Positions 14,078 to 28,020 of a stretch of 64,000 nt of DNA are shown in pieces. Position 1 is the first letter of the stretch. The number at the start of each line of letters is the position of its first letter. This stretch comes from Octopus bimaculoides (Eukaryota), in NCBI RefSeq assembly GCF_001194135.2, contig NC_068990.1, positions 30,430,227 through 30,494,226 of the forward strand. The letters are read 5' to 3'. The position numbers and the translations under genes are program-made. The notes under the pieces were generated by a model that was given only the letters and a program-made list of their open reading frames with translations, was not told the DNA's origin and searched no databases.

Positions 14078-15105
14078 GTGAGTATAATTTTGGATATTTT
14101 CCTTCTATGCTTGCATGTTGAAAGATTGTGTTGTTTCAGTGAAACAAATGAAAGCTATTAGAATAGCTGTGAGCAACCTCAGGAAGATAGTCATTTTATT
14201 TCAGTTGGATTGGGGGAGAATTTGGCATTTATAAGGGCAGGGCAATAACAGCATCGTCATCATCATCATCATCCCTCCATCCATTTTCCACACTGGCATG
14301 GGTTGAACGGTTTGACAGGAGATGTCAGGCCAGAAAGCTGCACCAGACCCCAATTGTCTTTTATTGACATGGTTTCTATGTCTGGATGCCCTTTTTAATT
14401 CCAATCACTTTACAGAGTGCACTGCATGCTTTTTTATGTGGCGCCAGCATAGGGGCTTTTTATGTGGTGCCAGCAAGGGTGCATTATAAATGGTGCCAGA
14501 CTCTAACGTCTGTATTAATTCTTGACACTTTTGAAGTCTATGATTATAGGGTTCAAATCTGAACTGAATTTTGAATAGCTTTTCATTCTTCTTTTGCATT
14601 AAATTATCTCTAGATCTGGTTTTGGGAAAAGGAAGATTTTAGTGTCACACAGAATGGATATTTGGTGTAGCAGCTGGCTGGTTGATTTCTTTTTTCTTGA
14701 CTATTGTCATGACAACATCTCCCCCATGATTCCTGTGTTAGACAAACACCCTCCTCCCCCAAAGAAGGATGTATTTCTCATACTTAATTTGAAGACATTG
14801 GTTGTGTTTTGTTTGCGATAACCTATCTTGACTGGACTAACAGGACAATCGTTTGTTGCTATGTACAAGAGTAAAAAATATTCAGAAAATATTTGAACTC
14901 ATAAATAGATCTTCTAGCTGACATCACATGCTTTGATAAATGATTTATGTTAATATATAGGCATTGTTGCATGGCAAAGATGTTCATTTTCTAACTACAT
15001 GGTTTCAGGTTCAGTCTCACTCGGACGAGTGTCTTCTACTATTGACTTGTGTCGAGCAAAGCTGTGCGGGTGAATTTGGGAGACAGGAACTGAAAGAAGC
15101 CTGTT

Positions 15106-15107
<2 letters not shown>

Positions 15108-15166
<59 letters not shown>
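15108..15166. repeat. (GT)n microsatellite
   Basis: Pure GT run; similar CA/GT runs at 10449-10507, 26015-26048, 38289-38340, 42028-42087 and 42484-42532. Confidence 0.95.
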
Positions 15167-15169
<3 letters not shown>

Positions 15170-16099
15170 ACACTTCTTTGACTTTGTATGATGGTTGTAA
15201 ATGGGTGTCACTGTTGTACCAGTGGTGTTGTTCATATCTTAATCTCCATGGAAACATGTTCAGATATGCTAAAGTATTACCTTGCTTGGAAACACGCGAG
15301 TGTTGGTGACAGGAAGGGCATCCAGCTGTAGAAAATCAACCTCAACAAATTCCATCTGAGCCATACATGCTTGGAAAAGTGAACATTAAAACAATGATGG
15401 TGGTGATAATGAAATACATTTTAAGAACACTGGTTCATGTTACTATAAAAGTTAAGGAAAAGAAAATGTGTAATATTTACTGAAAAAGACATATATGAAA
15501 ATCTCTGCAGTTATCCCATTATTGACTAACGCATTTTTTCTTAATTTGGCAGTTTAGAGCAAAATCCATTTTCCTGTTGCTAGAAGGGGGTGGGGGAAAG
15601 TATTAAAAAAATACATTTTTTTTTTCTCTGTTTGGCTGATTGAATAAGCCATACCTTTCATACACCCCTGCACCCTAACTTCTCCCATTCTATGTCACAG
15701 TTTGCCAAATATAAAGTCTGAGCTTAGATAAAACAAATACCATCTATGTTTAGCACTTACCAAAATAGCTATCAAAAGAATGGTAGCTGTTATCTCATTG
15801 ATGCTTGTGTTGTTAATTATGGTTGTAATCTTGGCTGCTTCAGAGATTTTGTGTCTCCCCCCTCCTCCCTTTCCCTCCTCCTCCTCTCTCCCTTTCTTTC
15901 TTGCCGTCCCATCCCCTGATCATTATCTTTAACTGGCAAACAAGTGAAGAACTCTTGGAGAACAAACTCAACAACCATGGCTCTTTTATCCTGTAATGTT
16001 ATCTCTGACACTTAAAATTGAATCTTCATCACAAAATATTTCATATAACCAAGAACATTGGGATTAAATACCTTTTTGTTTTCAAATTTAATTTTATTT

Positions 16100-16115
16100 C
16101 TTCCTCTCTTTCTCT

Positions 16116-16178
<63 letters not shown>
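16100..16178. repeat. (CT)n microsatellite
   Basis: CT/CTTT run. Confidence 0.9.
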
Positions 16179-16180
<2 letters not shown>

Positions 16181-16255
16181 GTCACAGGTTCAGTATAAAC
16201 CAAGTTTTTATGCTGAATAATGGCAACACAATTTTCTAAAAACCAATAAGTATAA

Positions 16256-16612
16256 GCACAGGTGTGGCTGTGTGACATGAAGTTTGTTTCCCAACTTCAT
16301 GGTTCTGGGTTCAGTCCCACTGTGTGGTACTTTGGACAAGTGTATCCTACTATAGCTTTAGGCCAACCAGTGCCTTGTGAGTGGATATGGTAGATGGAAA
16401 CTGAAAGAAGCCTGCTATATATATGTCTGTGTTTGTCTCCCAGTGTTGGTGTGTTTACATCCCTTTAACTTAGCAGTTTGACAAAAGAAACTGATAGGAT
16501 CAGTACCGGGTTGAAAAACAAGCACTGGGGTTGATTGGTTTGACTAGAAAATTTTCAAGGCAGTGCCCCAGCATAGCCACAGTCAAATGACTGAAATGAG
16601 TAAAAAATAAAA
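16256..16612 (+). mobile_element. SINE family A copy
   Basis: Same head, body and tail as 30118-30497. Confidence 0.8.
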
Positions 16613-17989
16613 GAAGCTTCTTATCATTTATTATTTAAAACCTGGCCACAAACATATAATTGTGTGATATCTTAGGTAAGACATTACTGTGTCTGCCTCA
16701 GTTTGCTAGGCTGATAGCAGGTATAAACCCTTGTTCACAGTTAAGATCTACATCTAGAATGTAACAGCAACATGGAAAGTTTAAACTTCCAAACCATCCT
16801 GTTGAAGGAAATGGATGTAAGTCATTAAAGATGAAATGATAAAAACTTGTGATTAGTTGATGAGTTCCCTTTATCAGGTTCTCAAACCTTCTCTTCCTCC
16901 ATCCTCTTAGCTTTGCTATTTGTCATAAATATTTATTAAACAATATAATTCTTTTCCCTTCTTTGTGGGGTGGGATTGCTTTCATATGTTAGCATGTTGT
17001 TCCTGTTTTTGTGAATGGGTGTCCCCTTTTTTTTTGCTGTTAAACAATTCCCTGTGTAACCCATATCTGATCTCGGACTGAGTCATGTTTAAAGAAGAAA
17101 TATTAACTTGAAGAGTTTGACTTTACAAACAGCCCCTCCCCCCACACACTCTTGCACATCCTGCATGTACAATTCCATGTGATAGAATAGTGTACAGAAT
17201 ATATCATGATATCAACCAGACTATTGGATGTGGTCATACATCACTGGTCACAATGCACTTTATTGTTTTAGCTTTCAACTGTGCCACCCTGCTGGCTAGA
17301 CAAGCAGGCCAACATCTGCCCCTGATCAGGAGGCTAGTCCATTGCAGGGTGGACTGGTGCAACATGAAATGATTTGCTCAAATCAACAAAGCAATGGTAT
17401 AAGGCAAGATTGTTCAATGTACTTCATTATTGGATAAACAGATGTTTATGGTCATTAGAAGGTTGATAAAGATTGTCTTGATTTTTCAAGATTTCTTATT
17501 TCTTGTTGTTGCGAGAACTCTTTTTCATGGCTACAAGCATTATATAACACCTATCTATCAGTGAATCTTTAAACAATTCAATTATTCTCTTCTTGCTATA
17601 TTGGTCTGGGTCTAGGAGCTTTTTATCAAGTTGAGCAAAAGAATGCTTTGTTCTGTAGTTGGAATTCATGTCATGATATACCTTTTGATAAATTGGTGCC
17701 GGTAATGTCAGGCCGTAATAACTTCATGTTGGAATTCTGCTTCAGGGAATTCTGTGAAGTTCTGTTATTCATATTCTATATTCTTGCTCCTCATAAATCA
17801 TCTAGAGCTGTGTGTGTATGTGTGTGTGTGATTAGGGTACAGTGTTTTATTATGTGTGCTAAGGTGGTAAGCTGGCAGAATTGCTAGTGTATCTGAAAAA
17901 ATGCAGAGTGACATTCCTTCTGGCTTTATACTCCAAGTTCAAATTCCACTGAGGTCCTACTTTCCCTTGGTGGTGGTGGTGGTGGTGGC

Positions 17990-18020
<31 letters not shown>

Positions 18021-18896
18021 ATCATCATCATCATCATCAAGTACCACTCACCAGCATTGTTTCTATGGCTGGATGCTCTCCCTAATGCCAGCCACTTTAC
18101 AGAGTGTACCAGGTGCTTTTTATGTGGTACCAACACCAGTACCTCTTTTTATATGACACCAGTGCCAATGCTTTTTATGTGGCACCAGCATCATTGCTCT
18201 TTACATGGAACCAGCACTTATGCTTTCTATGTCATTATTAATCTGGTGTTTAAAATATAAATTATGGAATGTTAGAGGATTGTTTTACTTTAGATCTCTT
18301 TAAATTAGTGACTGTCATAGAACTGTTATGTGTGTGTGTTTGTGGGTGTGTGTGTGTGTGTGTGTGTTAGGCAGGTTGGTATCAAACGGGTTAAATATGT
18401 TAACATTTAACTTAGCCATTTTATTGCATAGCTTCAATTTGAAGTTTCATGTTTTGGTTAAAAGAGGCTCCTTTGTTAAAAGCAAGCTTTCCAAATACAG
18501 AAAGCTATCTTAATTATGAAGTGAGTTTAGTAAAAACGAATTTTCTGAATACACAATGCTGTTTTAATTAGAGTAACAAAAATAGGAAAGTAATTTATAC
18601 CAGGAAGAATAATTGTAACAAAAGTACATAAATGGGTTGTTTGGAATTGTGATGAAATATTTGTTTTTCCTCTTTTTTTTTTTAAAGTCCCCTTTTGTAT
18701 ATGGTCTGAATGAAGTTTTAAGTTGTTTCCCCTCATCTTAGAAGTACAATTGTTCCATTTAAGTTAATAACAGAATCAAGGGAAGAACACATCAGAGTCT
18801 ACTCAAAATGTGTGTGTCTCAGTCATTAAATATTAGCTGTACTCACCATTACCCAGGGCGATTCAAAACAATTTATAAGAACAGTTTCTTTTTTTT

Positions 18897-19135
18897 TTAT
18901 TTAACAGGCTCTATATGGTTACTATTGTTTTGAATACACATTGCAATACGTTTACCCCTTTCGTTGTGGACTCGTAATAACACATCTGGTGATATGTGTG
19001 CAAAGGAGTTGGTGATGTGTTCCTTCAAATGATTTAGGTCTTTTATCTTTTTGAGATACATCGTGCCTTTCAAATGTCCCCAAAGATAGAAATCAAGAGG
19101 GGTCAGATCAGGGAATGTAGGGGATCTTATAAAGT
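18897..19135 (-). mobile_element. Tc1/mariner transposase C-terminal relic
   Basis: PDLTPLDFYLWGHLKGTMY...L...I......I....L..V......R...CI.....HIE is the SPDL/third-D region of mariner-type transposases; matching TIRs not convincing. Confidence 0.85.
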
Positions 19136-19316
19136 GTTTCTTATAAAAAAATAATTTTTTCCTATGTATGGAGACTTTAGAATCAGCCTGTATTCTATGA
19201 AACTGGGACAACCACTGTGAAGTTGTTCCACCTTACACCAACAAATAATGACAATAACAATCTCTACTGCTAACTTTAAAGTCCATATATATATATATAT
19301 CATATATTACATAATA

Positions 19317-19358
<42 letters not shown>

Positions 19359-19527
19359 TATAGTGAGGCAAGTATTATTAAGCCTTGTAAATGTGTGATT
19401 GACATTGATGTTTTTCCCAACATAATTCCAACTAACAATTAAAATCTGAGTCATGGACTTCCTCTGCTGACGAAATTAGCATGGCAGTGATACTACAACA
19501 ATCACCACTTAATTCTGATGTAATAAT

Positions 19528-19740
19528 GGTTTCAAATTTTGACACAAGGCCAGCAATTTCAGTGGAGGGGGCTTAGTTGATTACATCGACCCCAGTATTT
19601 AACTGGTTCTTATCTTATTGACCTGAAAATGATGAGGGCAAAGTTGACTTTGGTGGAATTTGAAGTCAAGAATGTAAAGGACAAAATGCTGCTGACCATT
19701 TTGCCCAGCATGCTAATGATTCTGCCGATTCACCGTCTTT
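19528..19740 (-). mobile_element. SINE family C copy
   Basis: Reverse complement of family C. Confidence 0.78.
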
Positions 19741-21869
19741 AATTCTGATGTAATGATAATAATAAAAATAGAAATATTGGTGGGGGTAGTGTGTGTGTGT
19801 GTGTGGGGGGGTACTAATAGTAATGACTTGTAATATGGGCACAACTCAACAAATTTAGAAAGAAGGTCCCATTCAGTCAGATCGACTCCACCCTTCTAGT
19901 ATTTTATAAAGCATGGAAGGAAGAGTGCAAAGTAGCAGAATGAAGCCAGTTGGTGGGGAGGGTTCATGATTTCAAAACTGCAAAGTGTGGTAACTAAACA
20001 CTATGGCATGTTGCTGAGTCGGACAATCATCTCTATTAATTATATTATTAATTATAAATGAAGTCCTCCAGACAATGTTACTAAAGGACTAATTCTGTTT
20101 TAGGAACACAAGGGAGATAGCCCTATGAAATTTTAATGAACTCAAATTTGGAGTGCATTGGTGAGTTTGATCTATAACAGTATGAGAGATAACTGTAGAC
20201 ATGCTTCAGCCTCATCAGACCTCATTAACAGAATATAATGGAACTGTTACTGCAGATCTTAGAATCACTAGAAAAATTTAGAAGATTGCTTTGGATGAAG
20301 ACAGAGTGGTCTTATAAATGTGAAGAATATTTGGAGGAAGGTAGGGGAGGAATACCCAGGGACACCTGCTGTGTGTAAACTCTATAGTGAAGTGATAGCT
20401 AGCATAGATGGTGTGGTAAGACAATACATTTTAATTAATTAAAATGAGTCAAGTCTAGAATGTAGTGGAGGGTTTGTTGTTCAATGAAACAGCTGACAAA
20501 TGTTCTAAGACCCTGTTGCTATGCACCAAAGTTATGAACACGAAAAGAGAGCAGCTATTTAGGATAGTATATCTTTGGCTTACACACAGACGATGACGAC
20601 AACAACAACAGATTCTTATCTGATAATAATCACTTCACAAATTAACTTCAAGTGGAATGAGAAAATGAAATTTCAATTGTGAACGATGATGATGTAATTG
20701 CCATACGCTTTGTCTACTTGGCAATTTGATATGTGATTTCTAAGGCACTTAAGGGATGTGTGTGTGTGTGTGTGTGTGTGTGTTTGTGTGTGTGTAATTC
20801 AGAACTTGCATACAATATATATTTTCCTTCTTTTTCCTCAACTGCTTTCCTGTTTCCTGTGTCGTTACTTTTAAAACTAATTAAAAATGCTGACTTTGTC
20901 TTTGAGTTAAACATTGTCTAAAGACTTTCTTTCATTCCCCCCCCCTTATTCTGTCTCCCAGTTGCAGTGGTTGGTAGGATCAGCTTTTTTTTTTTTCATT
21001 CAGCTCTGGTTGAGCTAAAGTATGCCAAAGGTGGGAGGGGGACAGATTTTATTTTAGTTTTAAGTCTTAAACTAAGGCGATGACCTTCACCACAAAAAAA
21101 AAAAAATGCAGGCTATCTCATTGTTTATTGTTTGTATTACTTACATTGGTGATGATGATGATGATTGTGTTATGTAAATGTCGACAGTTGTTGCTGGTTT
21201 GTGGAAATATTGATGGCAGATGTGTTGCCAACAAAGATGATAATAATGTTGCTGTTGTTATGGCTGTTGCTCTCAGATCTAATCCTATCTGTTGTAACAA
21301 GACAGATATCCATCTAATCATCATCATCATCATTTAACGTCCATTTTCCATGCTGGTATGGGTTGGATGGTTTGACAGGAGCTGGCAAGGCTGGAGAGCT
21401 GCACCAGGCTCCAGCCATCTGTTTTGACTTGGTTTCTTTGGCTGGATGCCCTTCCTAATACAAACCACTTTACAGGGTGTATTGAGTGCTTTTTATGTGG
21501 CACAGGTTTGGTGTTATAGCTGTAAACTCACACCTGTAGGGTTGACTATATTCCTTCTTGTCTAATCTGCAAGCTTAAGTGAACTTTAAAATTTCTATAA
21601 TTCAAAATGGTAGAATTCATAGATGCTGCTACTGTGTCATCATCATTATAACTTGGAGAATCTGTTTTGACCCAGGTCAACCATCACTGAGGGTATTCCA
21701 ACCATGGCCTTCTCAACATTATTTGTTGATAAAGTATATCTAGAGGTACATTATTCAATGTCTCTGTTTTTATATGTTGCAGTGGAGCAACATATAGAAA
21801 CTTCTACATTGGTTTGTTTGTTGGGATGTATCTCATTTGACGGTTTGGTCTGCAAGAAGGAACTGTAAT

Positions 21870-22195
21870 TATTGCCTTCACATCCCCTCCGAGACCATTC
21901 ATGCTGTTAGTGTTTCTCTTGAATAACTCTCAGTAAAATATGAAGAGGGAAAGTGAAGTGTTCAGTATGTGTGGTGGGGAGGAGACAGTGTGGGTAACAA
22001 GAGTATCTGAATGCAGAGGGACATTAGAGCAACCGGCTGAGATGTGTAGAGACTATTGTAGTAGAAAAGATAGGACATGGAGGAGAAACAGCAGTGGAAA
22101 GGCTAAGTTTTGGAAGTTTTAGAAGGGATGTACATAATGTGTTTGATGTAGAGGTGGATGTAAAACTGGCAGCAAGTGTTTTGGGATCCTGAAGG
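21870..22195 (-). mobile_element. Decayed CR1/L2-type LINE 3' fragment
   Basis: Strongly purine-skewed block; minus strand resembles the RR..S.L.LFY.YYN region of CR1/L2 ORF2. Confidence 0.45.
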
Positions 22196-23837
22196 ATATT
22201 GAAATATATATATATATATATTCAACTTTTCTTTAATGTTCTTCTCTAATATTTGTGGAACTTTTGCCTTAGACATATTGATTTAGTGTTTAAAGCTGTT
22301 TGTTTTAGGTTTCATCATTTGTCAAATCTAAACACCAGACAAGGTAACCTCAATAGTGCTGGTGCCACATAAAAATCACCCAGTACACTCTGTAAAGTGG
22401 TCAGTGTTACAAAGCGTATTTGGCTGTAGAAACCAAATCAAAAATTAAGCCTGAGCCAGATGTGATTCTCTTGTCCTTCTAGGTGACCACCATCTCCAAA
22501 TACGCACTGAACCTGCCTATGAAGATCTACCTAAGCCAGGTCAACATAGAAATAGGATGGAAAACAATAGAGATGATGATGTCGATTTTTCAATTTGTTT
22601 CATTTTGAATTCTGTTCTTTCTGTTTAGAACACTGCTTTTCTTTGTTATTAATTAAATATCATTTTTATAATGAATTTAATTAAATGATTTCTTTATTTA
22701 ATGCCATTTTATGAACTTGGAATTGCATCTAGTTGACTTTATATTCTGTTGTTTATTTCCTTTATGTTTGTTTATATTAATTCTGGAAAAATCATGTCTA
22801 TCTCTAAATTGGCCGATCCATTAAAAACATTCTGAAACCCCACTCATATTATTTCAGATAGATTCAGATGTTGTTTATAGTATACTCATGCACCAACTTG
22901 TAATTTTCATAAATCACGTTTCAATTAAATCTTGAAAGTCATATCTGTATCTCCAGCCATGGTGATATATTCTCAAAAGCCAGGATATCCTCATGACTCA
23001 CAGTAACTTTCACTGGTTGCATTCTGAACTATTTTCGTATGTAATCTACTGAAACTGTGTTTAATTTTAGCCTGTGATATTGAAAAAGTGCTGCAAGCTG
23101 CTGGTAATAAGTTGAGGGTAGCCATGAAATAGTTGTTAGATCAGCCCTCAGACACTTCTTTGCAGATTCATTCAAGCTTTAGCAGCATGGTGGTGAGTGG
23201 GGTAGGGTTAGGGATAGTGTGGGCGTTTAACTGATGGGGATGATGTTAAGGATAATAATATGGCAGCAGAACTACTTTTTGGTGAAATTTAATCTTAAGT
23301 CTCTCTCTATCTTTCTCTGTGACCATTTGTAATTTAAATCTGAACTGTGAATAAGTTTAAAATTAAATCAATATTGAAATTTTAATAAAATCATCCATTT
23401 ATAATTTCTGCTTCTCTGCTCATATTCTTACTTTACAATTTTTTTTTTTTTTTTGTTTTTCTTTGGTGAAGCAGTGATGGAGGGTGTTAGTCATCCTAGT
23501 ACTACAACCTGGACTAGTTCTAGAAATTGGTAGAAATTGGTGTTAGTTGTACTAATAAAAGTGTCGACCAGTTGTTTGGTGGAGTGATGAAGTTGGTGTT
23601 AGTTGTACTACTACTACTACTACTATTACTACTACAGTATGGACCAGTGGTAGAAATTGGCAGTGTGTTATCTATGTTTGTCACCAGCCACTACAATACT
23701 GGTGCTTCATCTCCATCTACTCTGCTGACCTTTCTCTGATCTATTGATGATTGCTTCTAATTGCTGATTTAATCCACTTAGAAGAAACGTTCCCAGGCTT
23801 AACATTTCTCTGTATGCCTGTGGCAGCGTGACTCTGT

Positions 23838-23922
23838 GTGTGCGTGTGTGTGTGCATGCGTGCGTGTGTGTGTGCATGCGTGCGTGTGTGTGTGCATGCG
23901 TGCGTGTGTGTGTGTGTGTGTG
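23838..23922. repeat. 20-bp unit minisatellite (TGCGTGTGTGTGTGCATGCG) about 3.5 copies
   Basis: Direct reading of tandem units. Confidence 0.85.
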
Positions 23923-24470
23923 TTGCTTGTAAATTTATCAGTAGAACTTCCTATATTTCCTGTGTAGTGATGATGATGATGGCAGTGGTGGTGTTGGCTG
24001 GGGTGAGTTTTGATTGCAGTTGTCGACTGGGGGTGGGGGGAGAGGTTGTTGAAATGTTTTTTTTGTTGTTTTTATTTTGTGTAGCCAAGTATTAAGAAGC
24101 TCCACTCTAAGAGACTTTAAAATAATCTGATGAAACTTCCCACTCACTTCAGATTACTTAACTGTTTTTTGTTGTTGCTGTTGTTTTTCTTGTCTGTGTG
24201 TAACAGTCTCCAGCTCTGTGCCTGCCTTTTACGTTAAGTGGAGGTGGTGCTGGGCTTCCACCCTGGGACAACTCATCTCTTATTCTATAATATTACACAT
24301 GCGTTTGGCATTCGTTTCTGAATGGAATACTTGTGTTGCCCACAAGAGGAATCCTACCAAGTTGACACTGATTTAAATAAACATGGGGGGTAGGGACGGA
24401 GGGGGAGTGTTGCAGATTTAGATTTATTGGTTAGCAATGCACTGTACTTATGAACTTATGAAAACAAGTA

Positions 24471-24504
<34 letters not shown>

Positions 24505-24506
<2 letters not shown>

Positions 24507-24715
24507 CCTTTCTACTGAAGGCACAAGGCCTGAAATTTTGGGGGTGGAGGATAGTTGATTACATCGACCTCAGTGTTTCAATGGTACTTAATTTATCAAC
24601 CCCAAAAGGATGAAAGGCAAAGTCAACCTCGGCAGAATTTGAACTCAGAATGTCGATGGGCATTTTGTCTAAGCATTTTGTCCATCATGCTAACGATTTT
24701 GCCAGCTCGCCACCA
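24505..24715 (-). mobile_element. SINE family C copy
   Basis: Reverse complement of family C, with an (AAT)n tail at 24471-24505. Confidence 0.78.
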
Positions 24716-25834
24716 CCACCATATTAATGATAATAATGATAGCAGCAGCAAGCCATAACAGGGGTCACCAAGTTACCCAATCCAAAAGATAGTGTTGCTA
24801 GGCATAACCCAATGCAAGAAAGTTTTTAACTCAGTCACACAGCTCGTGCAGTACATGGTCCCTCTCTGCCCACAGCACATATTCTATTTAATCCCCACCC
24901 AATAACACAACAAGTACTTCCTCCATAACTGATCACTTACTCCCTCTATAATAAATGGCTGACACTGTAATACCAGTAACTTACCCAATCTCCATTCCAT
25001 GCTACTGCAACCTATCAAAAACACATTGATGCAGCATGTGCTTTACACCAGTGTTATCAAACTGCAGCGTCTCTATGGACATACATGTTGCCTGCCATGG
25101 GNNNNNNNNNNNNNNNNNNNNNNNNNNNNNNNNNNNNNNNNNNNNNNNNNNNNNNNNNNNNNNNNNNNNNNNNNNNNNNNNNNNNNNNNNNNNNNNNNNN
25201 NNNNNNNNNNNNNNNNNNNNNNNNNNNNNNNNNNNNNNNNNNNNNNNNNNNNNNNNNNNNNNNNNNNNNNNNNNNNNNNNNNNNNNNNNNNNNNNNNNNN
25301 NNNNNNNNNNNNNNNNNNNNNNNNNNNNNNNNNNNNNNNNNNNNNNNNNNNNNNNNNNNNNNNNNNNNNNNNNNNNNNNNNNNNNNNNNNNNNNNNNNNN
25401 NNNNNNNNNNNNNNNNNNNNNNNNNNNNNNNNNNNNNNNNNNNNNNNNNNNNNNNNNNNNNNNNNNNNNNNNNNNNNNNNNNNNNNNNNNNNNNNNNNNN
25501 NNNNNNNNNNNNNNNNNNNNNNNNNNNNNNNNNNNNNNNNNNNNNNNNNNNNNNNNNNNNNNNNNNNNNNNNNNNNNNNNNNNNNNNNNNNNNNNNNNNN
25601 NNNNNNNNNNNNNNNNNNNNNNNNNNNNNNNNNNNNNNNNNNNNNNNNNNNNNNNNNNNNNNNNNNNNNNNNNNNNNNNNNNNNNNNNNNNNNNNNNNNN
25701 NNNNNNNNNNNNNNNNNNNNNNNNNNNNNNNNNNNNNNNNNNNNNNNNNNNNNNNNNNNNNNNNNNNNNNNNNNNNNNGAAAGAATCCTCTACTAACTAA
25801 AGGCAACACTTATCTCTTTCTTGTCTTTTACTTG

Positions 25835-26011
25835 TTTTAGCCATTTGGTTGTGGTCATGCTGGAGCACTGCCTTGAAAAATTTTAATTGAACGAATCGAG
25901 CTCAGTAATTACTTTTTGAAAGCTTGGTGCTTATTCTATCAGTCTCTTATTCTAAACTGCTAAGTTATGGGGATGTAAACATACCAACACCAGTTGTCAA
26001 GTGGTAGGGAT

Positions 26012-26050
<39 letters not shown>

Positions 26051-26085
26051 CAGGCTTCTTTCAGTTTCCATCGACCAAATCCAAT
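25835..26085 (-). mobile_element. SINE family A copy, partial
   Basis: Reverse complement of the family A tail and body with a (CA)n core. Confidence 0.75.
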
Positions 26086-27067
26086 CTGAAGGACAATGGT
26101 TGTATATTCTGCAAAACCATGAGGTGCAGTAGAAAGTTGCATAAATTTGCTGCAAGCAACAACATTAAGGGTTTCTAATTTAAACACAAGACTAAGTTTT
26201 AAGGGGTGGGATCTAGTTGATTAAAGCACCCCAATATTTCACTGGTACTTAAACAGATTATTCTGTCAATAGGAAATGATTGTTTATTCCCATTCAATCG
26301 TGCATTATCTCTTGGGTTCAAGATTTTGATGGCATGGTTGTTTACTTACAGAATGACATTGTAGGGTAGGTGTGAGGTGTTGGATCTGGCCCATTTGAAC
26401 ATAAGAGGCAGAATATTTTGGTCAGATATGGTCAGTTTAAATACTAAAGTACCAAGTACTTTATAATTACGACCACAGTGGGATGAAAGGTGAAGTAGAC
26501 TTTGGCAACGCTGCTGGTGGTGGTGGTGGTTTCTAAAATTGGGCCAATTCTACAAGTTTGTTGGGGACAGGGAGAGTTGATGTCACTGATCCACTTGTAC
26601 ATATTTTATCACCCCCACTTCTACTAAAGAGATGAAAAGTAAAGCCTACCTGGTGAGAGACTTGGGACATATAGGGGCCAAAATACCCTTAATTTAACAA
26701 CTTGCTTTATTAATAAAGATCTTAAAAACAGTAGCAAGTTTTGAGCTTCAGAACACCTTACCTCCCCTAAACTGTAATTGGAATGTTCCACCATTGTTGA
26801 AGTGGTTGTTAATTATGATTTAAATATAAACTATTTAAAAAGTAATTAATGTCTTAATGTATGTTAATAAATTAATTATACCTCTTAATCAGTTTGAGAA
26901 CATGTACAGCCTGTAATGAAAGTCAGTATGTGTGTGTGTGTGTGATTGTAACTTTCCTTGTGTTGGAGCTTTCAACACTACAATCCATCCAATCTGTTGT
27001 GATCCTTGCAACTTCTTCACATTATGGATTGGATCAAAATTGTGTGAGATTATTGTTAATCCAGCCA

Positions 27068-27300
27068 CTTAACCCCTTCATTACCATATTTGTTGAAATC
27101 CACTGCTTTTGTTTAAATTAATTTTGAAAATAATAAATCTATCTGAATAACTTGGTCTTTATGACACTTGTGTTTGGAACTTAACCTGAAATTTTGATGG
27201 AAGAGTTTAAATGCGATCACTTTTATTAAGAAATTTGCATCATAGACCCAGGTTAAGTTTGAAACTATCACAATATTGTAAAATTATTTTCACCCTAATT
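27068..27300. mobile_element. Second TTAACCC-terminated MITE family, partial copy
   Basis: Starts TTAACCCCTTCATTACCATATTT..TTAATTTTGAAAATAAT; related copies at about 12984-13043 and 35000-35222 (ends GAAAGGGTCAA). Confidence 0.55.
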
Positions 27301-27331
27301 ACAGGTGTATTATTGTTTTATATTCTTTCAG

Positions 27332-27415
27332 GTGGGTTAGAGAATTCCTTAATGATGAAAACCAAGGTTTGGATGTTCTTGTCGATTACCTCTCATTTTC
27401 ACAAGTGGTCATGAG
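27332..27415 (+). CDS. FMNL: FMNL exon: [27 protein letters not shown](R)
   Basis: ttttcAG / AG|GTTTGT; conserved WVREFLN-EN-GLDVLV-YLSF motif; phase 2-2. Confidence 0.95.
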
Positions 27416-27754
27416 GTTTGTAACTTTGATCTTTTTTGGTTTTACATTTGTTTATTCTGTGATTGATCTAAGTTATTGATTTTTTTTTTTTAAACAGGTA
27501 AAACCATTAACTTTTTCTTGCTAAGTGGCAAAGTCTAGTTGATCACATTGACTCCAGTATATTACTGGTATGCATTTTGTGGCTTCCATCCCATAATAAT
27601 ACAGCCACACTTGACTGCAAAAATATTTAAGCAAAGAACTGTGATGCATTCAGTACTCACATGTTGAAACTGTTTAGATTTTTAACCAGCTTCATGGATT
27701 GCCAGAACCCGTCTTTCTGTTGACTTCAATTGGGGTTATCGGCCAAACTTTAGA

Positions 27755-28020
27755 AACTGGCACTCCGTCAGTTATGACAAAGAGGGTTCCTGTTGATCCA
27801 ATCAGCCTGTACATGAAATTAACATGGAAATGGCTGAGCACTCCATGTCATGAGTACCTTGTGACACGGCTGGTCCTTTTTAATTACAGGTACAACTTAT
27901 TTTTGTCAGCTGAGTGGACTGGGGTGACATGAAAGGAAGCGCCTTGCTCAAGGGCACAACATACTGTTAGGAATCGAACTCTTGGCCTTATGATCATGAG
28001 CCAAATACCGTAACCACCAC
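27755..28020 (-). mobile_element. SINE family B copy
   Basis: Reverse complement of 3822-4140. Confidence 0.8.

Noticed and set aside
20195-20222. Minus-strand CTGATGAGGCTGAAGC, hammerhead-like
   Set aside because: No stem II, and GAAG instead of GAAA.
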